Assembly: GCF_009914755.1 (NCBI RefSeq)
Contig: NC_060941.1
Source of the DNA: the human T2T-CHM13v2.0 reference genome, Homo sapiens
Reading direction: 5' to 3' (one strand)
Length of the DNA: 64,000 bases
Numbering within the stretch: position 1 is the first letter of the stretch; every line of letters begins with the position of its first letter. A program made the translations under genes and the position numbers. Shown one piece after another: positions 1-12,399 of this stretch. The notes beneath the pieces were generated by a model. It had not been told where the DNA came from, did not search any database, and was given only the letters and a program-made list of their open reading frames with translations.

Positions 1-100
1 CTACTACCTAATGAATCAGAGTCTCTGGAGGTAGGGCTATAAGATCTGTGTTTCAAACAAGCAACTGAGATGCTCCCTCACAGTAATGTTTGAGAAGCAA
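1..100. mobile_element. MER5-family hAT-Charlie MITE fragment (cut by window start)
   Basis: gaatcagagtctctggaggtaggg...atctgtgtttcaaacaag...gtttgagaagca resembles the MER5A/B terminal half. Confidence 0.65.
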
Positions 101-699
101 TTAGTTATGTCGATTTGAACATAGTTTTCAAAGATTCCATTCCTGTTTCAGCCATTTAAAATGATTGTCCTTAAGGGCAGAGATTGCATTTATCACCAAG
201 AAGTACCCCTGGAAACCCACCTCCAACGCTTGGGAAATGTTTCAAACTCCATATACTAGTGAAGCCACATCCTATGTGTGTACAAAAAAGAACTCATTGT
301 AAAGAGTTTTTACATATTAACAGACAGTAATGCATCGCCCCCTGCCCTGCAGTCAAAATCTGGAGATACTCCTTCTTTTAACATCATTTTATCTGGAGCC
401 ATTCAGTGAAGGGGCAAACAATGCCTCTTTTACTATACGGTCAATTATAAATACTTGTATAATTGTCTATACTAGACTATACTAGTCTATACTAGACTAC
501 ATCATAGTACTTAAGATTCAAGGTGACATTTGTCATAAATATAAAGGCTAATTATGTTCCCTACATTCTGTTTAATAAATTACATTTTACAGCAATATTA
601 CATAAATGGTTAAATGGTTAAATTCTTGAATTTGTAAATGGTATTAATCTGGAGTTCATGAATAGGGAACATCTCATTCCCTGACAGTGTCATATGAAG

Positions 700-867
700 C
701 AGTGGCTCTCAAACAGGGACAAGCATTAGAATCCACTGGGGGAGATCCTGAAAAATGCCCAAGCCCTTCCTAGCCTTTTTTTTTTTTCAGGAAATAGAGT
801 CACAGGAATCTGTATTGTCAAGTTCTCCACATGACTGAGGTGTGCATGCAGATTTTGGAAATCACTG
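700..867. mobile_element. MER5-family hAT-Charlie MITE
   Basis: Degenerate TIRs cagtggctctcaaa / tttggaaatcactg; internal ggaatctgtatt typical of MER5. Confidence 0.6.
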
Positions 868-897
868 AATTAATAACACTATTCCTATAACATCATC

Positions 898-1024
898 ATT
901 TTTATTAGAGGCAGGATCTTACTCTGTTACCCAGGCTGGCCTCAAACTCCCTTGCTCAAGCGATCCTCCTGCCTTGACCTCTCAAAGCACTGGGATTAAA
1001 GGCATGAGCCACTGTGCCCAGCCT
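898..1024 (-). mobile_element. FLAM (free left Alu monomer)
   Basis: Single Alu arm: ttttt...cccaggctggcctcaaactcc...gctcaagcgatcctcc...gagccactgtgcccagcc. Confidence 0.9.
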
Positions 1025-1783
1025 ATCGCTAAAATATTGTAACCCAAATATTGAAGTTCTAATGAGAGAATTGTGTCTGGTGGGGGAATCAAAGCTCTGA
1101 GAAACATGGATGTTTGATAATTAAATATTACATAAATAGTATGCAGCAAAATATGTAAATGAGCATCTGCTGTTTGGTAGTTAACACAGCGGGACATTTA
1201 ATAGGGCTGCTACCTCTATGATCCTGGGGACTGTGTGCATCTGGATATCTACAAAATGAGCAAAAATGCTGACTGCAGTCGCCTTTGAAAAGTCAATCAG
1301 CACTGAAGGAGAGAGTGAGGCAATTCAGGTAATGAGCGACATGAAAAGGAATCTCATTCTGCCATGCTATGTATCCTGCCTAGAATTGTACACCCTGAGT
1401 TCTGCAGGCTGCATCCCTGGAAAGAACAAGAGGAGCAGAGCTGAGCAGGATCAAAGGCGCAGGATGGAAGGCACAGATGCCATTAATGGCAGCCTCTGGT
1501 TATCAAGTCTGGAAAAGGCCAAAGCCAAAGGCACTGCAGGAAAGTGGAACACAGCAGCTTCTTCTAGAGAACATCTGCTGGAGGAGGACCGGAGAGCAGC
1601 ATGTATCATGGGGGAGTTTGAGCAATGGCTTCTCCTTGCCAGCAATAGCCCAGGGGCTTGCAGAGGGTTGGGCGACAGTGCTCCACCGAGTCCCATTGGG
1701 TGTGTGGTTCTTCCATGAGGTAAAAGTGATTTCTTTTCCTGAACTGCCCAGCAGATGTAGGATCTGCTGAAAAGAGAATTCAG

Positions 1784-2110
1784 TTTCATTCAACCAGCAT
1801 AATCAAGACTGTGTCTCAGGCTGATGATAAGGAAATGAAATAAACAGATCTTGCTCCCAGAGTTCCCAGTCTGTAGGGGAAAGCAGACATAAACAGCTGC
1901 CTCAAATAAAACAAAAAGTGTTGGTAGAGGGTTATGTACAGAGTTGCAGGGCCCATCCAGGAAGCAGCAGTTCATTCTGCCTGGGGCCTTGGGGAAATTG
2001 ACAAAGTGATATTTGAACTGGCTCTTCAGGGATCTGTGGGACTTCACCAGGTACCAAGCGGTCAGAGTAAGATGGGGAGGAAAGGAGGGATATTCTTGGC
2101 AAAGGAAATA
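1784..2110 (-). mobile_element. L2 3' fragment
   Basis: ttcattcaac tail then aaacagatcttgctccc...gagttcccagtct...ggggaaagcagacataaacag, antisense L2 3' end. Confidence 0.6.
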
Positions 2111-2299
2111 GATTGGCTGTTTGTGGCATGCCCAGTAATTATAAATATTCTCTGATGTGGCTCCAATATAAAATAGGACTATGAGCAGAGCAAGCCATTG
2201 ATATCCTCTGGTTCTGGTTCTGAGGATGTCTCTGTCTTCTTCTTGGCTCATTCATGGAATAAAAAAGCTGGAGTTGAAAGGAAATTTAGAAATCATGTG

Positions 2300-2506
2300 A
2301 CCTGATGTCATTTAAACTTCATTGCAACCCGTTTTAATATGTAGATTGTATACACATACACTCACCTGGGAAACATTTCTCAAAAAATATACTTGCCTTT
2401 GCAAAGCACAAGGCATTCCAATACTTTCTTTTCTAGTCTATTTCATTTTTTAAATAATGGCTTTAGACCTCTTGATGGATCACAATTCTCAATTTGTGAA
2501 ACACTT
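2300..2506. mobile_element. old hAT-Charlie-type MITE nested in a MIR
   Basis: Ends ...gatggatcacaattctcaatttgtgaaacact (Charlie-like TIR); lies between two MIR-like segments; subfamily not assigned. Confidence 0.4.
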
Positions 2507-2509
2507 GTC

Positions 2510-2660
2510 AAAGGCAAGCTCCTCATTTCATAGATGAGAATGCTGAGACCCAGAGAGGGGAGCTGGCTTGAGCAAAGTCACAGAGAAAGTTAGTCATGGA
2601 ACCTAGGTCCCATCAGGGTTTTCTGACACCCAGTTCAGCACACTTACTGCTGTGCCACCC
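2510..2660 (-). mobile_element. MIR
   Basis: cctcatttcatagatgagaatgctgagacccagagagggg...aaagtcacaga antisense MIR core. Confidence 0.75.
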
Positions 2661-3069
2661 TTTTTTCAACCTTCAGAATAGAGAAGCATAGTCCCCTGTG
2701 GGTATCAGGTTTGGGGAGGCTGCTGGCTGGAGGTGCCCAGAGCTAGCCCTTCCCCTGGTTCCTGCCCCAGTGTCCACAGTAGTCATGGAGGCTCAGGTGA
2801 TTTGCATGACAAATACAAGACAGATAGCAGTGCTGTCCTGTCCACGTTTCCCTTTGGCAGAGCCCTGTGCTTCTGCTCTGCTCCCTGGTATTAATTGTTT
2901 GAGTAATGTTTGAGAAGAGAAGAGGTGACAGAAGGGAGGCAGGTAGTATTGTAAATCTTTGCACAATGGTGTTTCAGGATTCTAGAGTCCTTGAGGAGAG
3001 GGTCACAGGACAACTACATTAAAAAAACTTTCATGCATTCAGATATGCTTTGCAAAGCCTCCTTCAGCC

Positions 3070-3490
3070 AGGGGCTGGGTATTGAGAATCAAAGATGAGT
3101 GAGAGGTGATCTTTGCTCCCAAGCATGTCACAGTTTTGTGGGGAAGAGAAATATGGAAATTGGTCATTTTCATGGAGAATGACAAATAGTTTAAGAATAG
3201 AGCATATAATGGGTGTACAGAGGGAAATATGCAGCAACTTTGCCTGGATGGTAATGGGTGAGAAGGTCTCACACAGGTAGATGAACCTGGGTAGCATCTT
3301 TAAAAAGAACTAGGCTTTTACCAGGCGCACTGAATGTGGAAACCCTCTCCAAGCAGTGGAAACAATAGTCAAGGAGCATGGATTTGGAGGGATTGATGAG
3401 TGACTGGTTCTGTATGGAACACAATCTGTGTGGGCTGAGAGGACAGGCAGAGGACGAGGTGGAATGCAAAGAGTAATCCAGAATGATGTG
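3070..3490 (-). mobile_element. L2 fragments
   Basis: gggctgggtattgagaatcaaagatgagt...cccaagcatgtcacagttttgtgggg and downstream purine-rich L2-like sequence. Confidence 0.5.
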
Positions 3491-3592
3491 CACTTGATCA
3501 CGGGAGTCTGCTAGCTACCCCTGCACACCTCCGAGGCACGTGTGAAATACTCGGCTTTATGGAACAATTCAGTGCCTTTGGATGAAATTGTT

Positions 3593-3800
3593 CCCTCTCT
3601 CTCTCACTCTCTCCCTTCCTTCCATCCTTCCTTTGTATCTTTTTTTCTTTCTCTTTCTCTTTTTCTTTCTTCCCTCCCTCCTTCCCTGCCTCCTGACTTC
3701 CTTTCCTCTCTCTATTTCTTCCTTCTTTTCTTCCTTCCATTTATTCATTTTTCTCTTCCTCTCTGTCTGTCATTTTTCTCTTCCTGTCTGTCTCCTTCTT
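3593..3800. repeat. CT-rich low-complexity tract
   Basis: About 200 bp of near-pure pyrimidine (ttcc/tctc/cttt). Confidence 0.95.
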
Positions 3801-3852
3801 GGGGTTTATTATTGCTTTTTTTCAGTTAATTTTGGAGTTTTGGGGGTTTTTT

Positions 3853-3856
<4 letters not shown>

Positions 3857-3888
<32 letters not shown>

Positions 3889-3914
3889 AGACAGGGAGAG
3901 AGGGAGAGAGAGAG
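3857..3914. repeat. (TG)n followed by (GA)n microsatellite
   Basis: TG run 3857-3885, then GA-rich run. Confidence 0.95.
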
Positions 3915-3950
3915 TTACATCACAGTGAACTGAGTCAGAAAGCCTTAGAT

Positions 3951-4163
3951 CAGTGGTTCTCAGCCAGACTTAGTTTTGCCCATTCCCCAGGAGGCATTTC
4001 TGATTGTCACCATTGGGGTGGTGAGAGGATAGTGGTGGTGTTACTGGGGAGAGGAGGTAAAGGCACGGGATGCTGCTAAGTATCCTGTTACTTTCATGAC
4101 AGCCCCTACAGCAAAGAATGGCCTGGCCCAAAATGTCAGTAGTGCAGAAGTTGAGAAACCTTG
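3951..4163 (+). mobile_element. MER20 (hAT-Charlie)
   Basis: cagtggttctcagcc...ggatgctgctaagtatcct...ggcccaaaatgtcagtagtgcagaagttgagaaaccttg; degenerate 8-bp TSD ccttagat/atttagac. Confidence 0.9.
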
Positions 4164-4179
4164 ATTTAGACTTTAAAAA

Positions 4180-4390
4180 TAATAATATCCATACTATCTG
4201 TCATCCACTGAGTATTTATTCTGTGCCCAACATAGAGCTAAGACTTTCTAAATACTATAATATATATTCATTAAAGCAACCCTGCAAGGAGGATACTATT
4301 GTCTCCATTTTACAGATGACTTCTGTCACCTTGCCCAGGGTCACACAGCCAGGACTCCAACCAGGTGTGTTTCTAAAACCTGGGTTCCAA
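4180..4390 (-). mobile_element. MIR
   Basis: actgagtatttattctgtgcc...caaccctgcaag...tccattttacagatga...cccagggtcacacagc. Confidence 0.75.
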
Positions 4391-5839
4391 TAACCTCTGC
4401 CCCACCCATCCCTTTTGTACCTTTGTAAATCCATGGCCAGTGATACCAGCTCTGCCCTTTCCTAGAGTTGTCATGAGGACAACAGTAAGTGAGATGAGTG
4501 TTGTGAAAGCAGCACATAAGCTGAAATGCAATTTATGTTACATGTGTACAAAGGTAAGCATGGACCTCAGATCCCCTTACCGATAAAACAGAGACCTCAG
4601 AACTGACTGAGCTACAAAATCCCACCTGGCTCTCAAACGCTAGGCTTTGCGGATTGATTTCACTGCCAGATGATGATAACACCAAATTAATCTGTGGGTT
4701 CATTTTCTCTTAGCAGCTTGGATAGAGGGTTGGAATCTGAAATCCCAATTTCTGATCCCAGAACTGTCATAATTTAATCATGACATGTTGGCAAGTATTT
4801 ACCTTTTCTGGGAAGTATTTCCCTCATCTTCTCACTTGGGAATAATAATATTTGCTTTTCCTCAAAAATCTCATCTTGAAGGCCGTCCAGTCCTACCAAT
4901 TTCTCCCTCTGGATTTTGCTGAGGAGTAAATAGAAAATCCAAGGGAGGGCGCCTGAGAATGTATAAAGTGAAATGGTTATGTTTCTGTATAACAATGATT
5001 GTTATTGGGAGCCAGCTTAGGTAACTGAAGCAGTGGGCATTTTCCCAGGAATCTACTGAAGAGAGACACACTGAGAGGTTTTTACAGTTGAAATACTACT
5101 TCACTCTCATACTGTCCCCAAGAACATCATGGAAGCTTCAATTTTGCATGTGCCTCAACCCCTGTACCAAAGAAAATCATATAATCCAGGGGGCAAAGTG
5201 CTCCATTTCTTTGATGTCAGGGATCAAGTGCCTGGATTTCTGGATGAACTTTGGTGGATGTTGGTTTCCTCTCACCACAGAAGCCATGGCAGGGGGCAGC
5301 TAAGTTGCTGAAAGAACCCAGGAGTTTGGGCGCTGGCTGGGCTGGGGCTGCAGAGCTTGAAGGGTGGGCTTGAGTTGCCTGAAGTCCCAAGGAGGTTTCA
5401 AGGTGCCCAAGAACTTAGGAAGTAAATGGAGACCAGGAATTCTGCCCATCTAGCTTGGTGGTTTTAGATCTTGTCAAAATGCTCCATCCATGTCCCCAAA
5501 AAAAGGCCAATCGCTAGACCATCATTCATTTAATCTGGATAGTTTTTGGAGGGTCATAGCAATGAATTTTACAATGACAGGTCAGGTAAGGTGATATCTG
5601 AGTGAAGGCAGAGCAATTATTCATTCCCACAGCTTTAGGGCCTGGCTCTGTTTTCTTTATTTTTAAGGGGCTGTGTTTAAGGAGCTTGTTGGGAAACTAA
5701 GCTACAGTCAAAATTCTTTATTTCCTGATCCCAAAGAGCCCGCTAGTGTTCTCTCTTATCACACCTTTGAGCTAGTCATCCAGGGGGAATTGCTCCACAT
5801 TATCCAAACTTGCCTTTTCTCTCAGTCCACATTAGCCTT

Positions 5840-6478
<639 letters not shown>

Positions 6479-6599
6479 TCCCATAGCACTTTCATTACAT
6501 GCCTACACGTTGAGTCATCTTAGATGGCAACCAGGGCTTTTCTTCTTTCGACTCTTCTTTTCTCCTTGCATTCCTTCACCAGAAACTTCATGTGTTTAA

Positions 6600-6815
6600 C
6601 AAATGCTTAGAACACACTTACTATATGATAACCATTGCAAACATTGGATATTCAAATCCCCCTGATAACCCCATGAGAAGAGTACTATTGCTACTCCATC
6701 TGATTTTACAAATAAGGAAACTAAGTCACGGAGAGGTTAAGTAACTTAACCAATATATAACGCAGCTAGTACAGGGCAGAACTGACGTTCAAACCCAGAC
6801 TCCAGAGTTCTGGCA
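6600..6815 (-). mobile_element. MIR
   Basis: gattttacaaataaggaaactaagtcacggagaggttaagtaactt...ttcaaacccag. Confidence 0.8.
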
Positions 6816-7294
6816 AATGAACAACAACTAACAATCCTAATTTTTCTGGAGTAACAGGATATCTCCAAAGTACTAGAATTAGCACTAGGAAGAAGGTTTT
6901 TTATTTTGTATGTACAAGGAAGTATGGGGAACAAAAGCAAAATATTACAATGTTGAGATACCATCTTGCTTTATAAGCTGAACCTGTTTCTCGGCATCTT
7001 TCTGAATTCTTTCAGCAAACAGGTATCAGATAAATAGGAGTAATTTTGTAAGCCACTTTCTTCCAAGTGGCTCTTGGTTAAGGCCATTCTCCCCTGAGGT
7101 CTGTGAACAGGATCCTGAATGACTAACATTTGGTTAATCATTAATAGAGTGGTTAACACATAGGCTTTAAAGTTCAGATGATCTGGGTAAAAGTCTCAGC
7201 TCTGCCTAGCTGTGTGGTCTTGGGCAACTTGCTTGACATCTCTGAGTCTCAGATTCCTGATTTATAAAATGAGGATAATCACTGCATCTACCAC

Positions 7295-7927
7295 TGTATT
7301 TATCAGTCAGAATGAGCTTATGTCAGAGTAACAGGCATCTCACATTTATCAGTGGCTCGATACAACCAAGGTTTGTTTTTCATTCAAACTTATGTTCACT
7401 GCAGGTTAGCAGAAGGGATTTGCCCATTATGGTTACTCAGGGACATGGGTGGATGGAGCCTCCATCGAGACAAATGGTTCTCCACCTCAGCACTATTAAC
7501 ATTTTGGGGCCAGATAATTCTTTGTTGTGAGGGAAGTCCTGTGCATTGCAGGATGTTTAGCAGCATCTCTGACCTCTACCGACCAGCTGCCAGTAGTACC
7601 ACCTCCCCCGTGGTGACAACCCAAACTATCTGCAGAAATTTCCAATGTCCCATGGGAAGCAAAAATCACCCCTGGTTGAGAATCACTGATTTACACATGC
7701 ACTGCCATAATCAGAACAATCAGAATGGCTGAAAAAAAAGGAAAGGTTGAACAGAACACCGGCAATGAAATGCTCCCACATGAAAATGACATACTTGCTT
7801 TTCCTCACTTTGGATTGACTAAAGCTGGCCACTTGGCCAAACCTAACTTCGAGGAGGTAGGAAGTACAGTATTAATACAAATTGGGAAGGGGAGAGCTGA
7901 AATACCTGTCAACAGTTCTAATAAACA
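7295..7927 (-). mobile_element. old MaLR solo LTR (MLT1J/K-like)
   Basis: tgtatttatcagtcag...cagtggctcgatacaaccaaggtttgtttt start, ends ...aca; 5-bp TSD accac/accat. Confidence 0.7.
7472..7688 (-). mobile_element. MER20 nested in MLT1
   Basis: cctcagcactattaacattttggggccagataattctttgttgtg...gcaggatgtttagcagcatc...ggttgagaatcactg. Confidence 0.9.
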
Positions 7928-8329
7928 ACCATCTAAGGCTGCTGAGAGGATTAAATGAAATACTGCGTGTGATGTGTTTAACACAGTGCCAGGCTAATAA
8001 GAAGAGTTCACTACTTGGGAACTGTTGATATTAGAACACAATGCAGGGCTGGCCAGGCTGGGAAGAATGCAGCTATGGGTCAAGCTAGCTCTACCAACAG
8101 CTCCTTCATAGGGACATAGAACTTGCACCTCACTTGTCAGAGCTTTCTTTTATTAAAGGCCAGGAGAGGTTGGTTAGTTTGTGGTGCTTAATTGCAAAGA
8201 GTGCTCTTATTAACCAATATTGTTGGCCAGTTGAAGATTCCTGTTATTATTTAACAACAACAGCATCAACAAAGAACCCGACTGAGCCCTGCCTGAAAGC
8301 GGTCCAGCCTCACTTTAAGCTAACCTTCT

Positions 8330-8818
8330 TCTTACTCTTGTGTTCTAGCCACTCGAGCCTTCTTCCCTGAACACACCATACATACCATCTTTTCTAGCTC
8401 AGGGTCTTTTATTTCTCCTGTCTAGAAGGCTCCCGTCCCATTTATCTAGTTAATTCTTACTAATTTGTTTACTTTTCGGAAAAGCACTCCTGACTTCTCA
8501 GGCTAGATATTCCCTCCTCCACCCTCACTCTAATAAATGTTCATAGACCTGAAGCCTTTCCTTCATCACACATCACAATTTGTAATTATATATTTGCTTG
8601 TGGGACTAGTCGATTAGTGTCTGTCTCCCTTACTGGTTTCCAAATCAGTCATGACTTTTTCTCTTTTGCTCGCCTTATAACCCCAGGGCCTTTCACCTGG
8701 AATATAATAGGCTCTCAATAAATATAGATTGATTGAATGAATGAATGAACAAATGAGTGAAGGCAAAGTGAATGAATGAATGAAGGCAAAGTGAATGAAT
8801 GAATGAATGAAGGCCAAG
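8330..8818 (+). mobile_element. L2a 3' end with expanded (GAAT)n tail
   Basis: cctggaatataataggctctcaataaatatagattgattgaatgaatgaatgaa. Confidence 0.8.
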
Positions 8819-10559
8819 ACTAAACTCTGGGTCTACTGATACCTGCTTTGAACTCCTTCCTTTAAACCATGCTGCAGGTAACAATGTACTCACCCCAACA
8901 ATACCTTTTGCAGGAAAGGAAAGTTGGAAAAAGTCCTAACCTAAAATGTCAGGTCCCTCATTTCCTTGAGGACACTCCTAGCAGAAGGTATGCCACCTGC
9001 ACACACAGTGACCAAGTGCCTCACCCCGGCATGCCACCACAGTAGCTGTGTTTGCACAGAGCTCCCAGTTCCTGGTTGGGAACCATGGTGAAAAGTCTCT
9101 AAACAGAGCTGGCTGGGCAGCCTCAAGCTGGAGCCCTGGGGAACAGCCTGAAGGCTGGGAGCACTGACAGGCCGCTTCTGAGCCCCAGGTGGTAAGTCTG
9201 CCCTTCTTTCTCAGGTTTTAGGGGTAGCTCTTGGCCTCATTCATCTGGCCCACTCCCCCTGCCCCTTAACAGCCTGGCAGCTGGCCTTTCAAACTTGAAT
9301 GGAAATCCATTTTCTTCCTTCCTTTAACCTGGAGGGAATCCAAATCTCTTCCCCACTGGCTTGGGGCCCATTCACACCCATGTGCTCACCTCCACCTCCA
9401 GTAAGGAGTGATCACTTTCTCCCTGGTTAACTGGACCCTGGTCTGCAGAGAATCAGATGCTCATTGCATCTTTCCCAGGCACACATCAATTGGACCTGCT
9501 CAAATGCCACTTACTCTCTGCCTACCACCTCTCTGCCTCTCCTTGTGTGCCTGTGAGTCTCTTTCTCCCTTTGAAATATGATCATACTGCTTTTTGCTGA
9601 AGCCATGCATGCCATACCTAAATGTAATACAAGTAAATATTTAAGACAAAACTTCTCATAAATGGCAAAAAAAAAAAAAAAAGATTTGCTGTAGTAAAGC
9701 TGGATTACTAGGAACAAATCCCTTGGTACAAATGTATGCTGGAATAAAAACATACAAACAAACCCCCAAAATAAGCATCTTAGGTGACATCTCCCATAGT
9801 TCTAAATTTGTTAAATTACCTGTTTGGGGTATGTAAAAATGAAAATCGATGGTGTTGGTCAGAAAGAAAAAGTCTGATAATTAATGCTAAAGTTATTAGG
9901 TAACTAGCTAACATAATTATAAAGTACATCTTTAAAAAAAGAGGATGGCAAAATACTGGTGGCATAACTCATTGAGTTTATTCCATTAACTCTGAAGAGC
10001 ACTTGAAATCATAACGAGCAGAATGGCTGCTGTTCCAGCGGCACAGCCTGCTGAACCAAGGACAAAAATGGTAATCTGAGGGAGAAATCTATGGTCTGAA
10101 TCAAGAGTATGTTGCCTGGGCTATATATTTTTACTTAAGTGCATGGCAAAATTCTCAAGGGGCTAGCTACAGATGAAATTATCTTCACCTTATAGATTAA
10201 ATTTGTTCATGCAAGGCTTTATTGACAAAAAATTGTTATAGTGATATAAAAATTATTCAGACATTTAGGGCCATTGCTATTATGATGCTGTCTTTTATTA
10301 GAGCAAGAAGTCATTTTTAACAGTCCAGGAAGAGTTATGCATTGTATAATTCCAGAGCTTGTTCATGGCTAAAAACCATTCTAATATCATTCCTGAGGGA
10401 GTTGACTTACAGAAGGATGGCCTCCCTCCAGAATGGTGAGGAAGTTTAGCTGTGGTTTCTACTTTAATCTGATTTACTGTTTATGAGTCATAATGTGAGG
10501 ATCTAGTCGGGTTACAACTAAAATCAATTTTATCCAGACTCTGGTCTTTTCTTTTTTCT

Positions 10560-11395
10560 CCCATTTTTGATTTTTAATTACTAAAGTAATACTTGATTGT
10601 AAAATAGCCAAGCAGAACAGAGGTATAAAGAGTAAAAAGTGAAATTCTCTTTCTAACCCATGTATCCAAGCCAAATCTATTCCCTTCCCTCTCTAGATAT
10701 AACCACCATTGGCTGGATAATGTTTTCTAAAAATGAACAGGAACACACACATGGAGATTATATATGAAAATAAATTCACATGGGGTTAGATTATCTTAAA
10801 CTTTTAAATAGAATCACACTATATATTTTGGTCTGCAACAAGCTTTTTTCCACTTAAGAATATGTCGTGGAGAACTATGCCAATATGTGTAGATACACCC
10901 TAATTTCTTTTAAACATTGTATAGTGTTCCATTCTATAGATTGCAATGGTTTATTTAACTTTTCTTCTATTGTTAGAGTTTAGATGGTTCCTATTTCTTC
11001 ACAATAACAAATATGTATCAGATATATATACACATGCATACATATGCATGTCGATATGTGTGCATGTAATTGATGTGTGTATGTGTGTACTTCTATAGCA
11101 TTTCTATATGACGTAGTATTTCTGTAGGATGAATTTCCCAAAGAGCAATTAACTGAGCTAAATCGTATATGCAACTTAAACTTTGATATCGTCAAAGATA
11201 CTATCATGTGACCTTATGAAAGTGCTCTGCTAATTTACACTGTGTGATGGTGTGTGTGATGGTGCCCTTTTTGCCATGCATTCACTCCGCTAGATATTAT
11301 TCATCATTTCATTTTTGCCAACCTGGTGGGTAGAAAATCACATGCCAATGCTGATTTCCGCTGCTTTTCCAAGGTTGGGAGTGAGGTGGACCTAG
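10560..11395 (-). mobile_element. L1ME-type 3' fragment
   Basis: aatagaatcacactatat...gtatagtgttccatt...atttttgccaacctggtggg, antisense old L1 3' region, with an internal TA/TG simple repeat. Confidence 0.75.
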
Positions 11396-11624
11396 CCTTA
11401 TCTTTAGGATTTTTGGGTAATAAACCTTCAGATGAAACAAAATATAGTCATTGAGAACTGTACAGAACCCAAAAAATGAAAGAAAATGAGACCGTTTAAG
11501 CTCAGAACTGCATGCACAATGAAAAGGAGCCCCAGGCTGACTTCTTTAATGAGGCAGCACTAATTATGTTAAAAGTTAGCAAGATAAAAGAATGGAAAGG
11601 GCCCCTATTTAGCCTGTTACATGC

Positions 11625-11870
11625 TGTGTAGAAAACAAGCTGGTGAAGTCAGACTGTACAAGCTTTGATTGAATATCTGGACATGTACTGTGGAACCATG
11701 GACAAGTTACACACCTTCTGTGTATCTCAACATTCTCATCCGTAAAATGGAACTCTAATGTTGTCATTTTCTTAGGACTATTGTAATGAGGCAGTGCATG
11801 TGTAATCTTTGGCACGGTGCCTGGAAAATAAACATTGGGCTCTACAATTGTTAACCATAATAATAGTAAA
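11625..11870 (+). mobile_element. MIR
   Basis: ggacaagttacacaccttctgtgtatctcaacattctcatccgtaaaatgg...ggcacggtgcctgg. Confidence 0.8.
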
Positions 11871-12099
11871 CACAATAGCTAGTATATTACTATTGTTATC
11901 ATAAGTCAAATAGGCAGTCATACACCCACAGGGAGAAATAGAGTCTTTGAGCAGTGACTAAGTGGCAATTGAGAAGGTCAGATGGATATATGATTAGGAG
12001 AGATAGATGTTAGAGGGAAATTCATTGATCCTTTGTAGAGCAGAGTCCAATTAGCCAGAGGGGAATGATTAATTATCTTCTAATTGCAAACTAATTGGA

Positions 12100-12270
12100 C
12101 GTCAGAACAGAAGAGGATCTTAGAGGCCATGGAATACAAAAATTTCGTTGCGTAGATGAGAAACCAAGACTCAGAGAGAAGTGACTTTACCTAAGATTAT
12201 ACAGCTACCCAAGCAAGAGAACCAAAACAGGGATCTGTGCCTCCAACTGCAAGTCCATGTTTCCTCCATA
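12100..12270 (-). mobile_element. MIR/MIR3
   Basis: agaggatcttagaggccat...tagatgagaaaccaagactcagagagaagtgactttacctaagattatacagct. Confidence 0.6.
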
Positions 12271-12399
12271 TTCATATTTTCTATATTACTCTTCATCTTT
12301 TAGTTAAACAGAGAAAGATATAATGAAGAATGAGTCTGCAAAAGCACCTTTTTATTTCTTGTTTCTGATTTTGGATGACAGCTTTTAGAAACATAACCA

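Larger units (their letters stand above)
7146..8020 (+). mobile_element. MIR split by an MLT1 LTR (pieces ~7146-7294 and ~7928-8020)
   Basis: ctagctgtgtggtcttgggcaacttg...aaaatgaggataat, resuming at gctgagaggattaaatga...acacagtgccaggc. Confidence 0.8.

Noticed and set aside
331-352. CTCF-like tcgccccctgccc
   Set aside because: Matches only the GCAGGGGGCG half; the conserved CCA positions are mismatched
1266-1718. 150-aa ORF with several overlapping ORFs on both strands
   Set aside because: No recognisable domain or homology, no exon structure; consistent with chance in a locally GC-richer stretch
3498-4079. ORFs rich in F/S/L or E/R/K and CVCV runs (also 31634-31885, 50408-50593, 57080-57385)
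   Set aside because: Products of CT-rich and microsatellite low complexity
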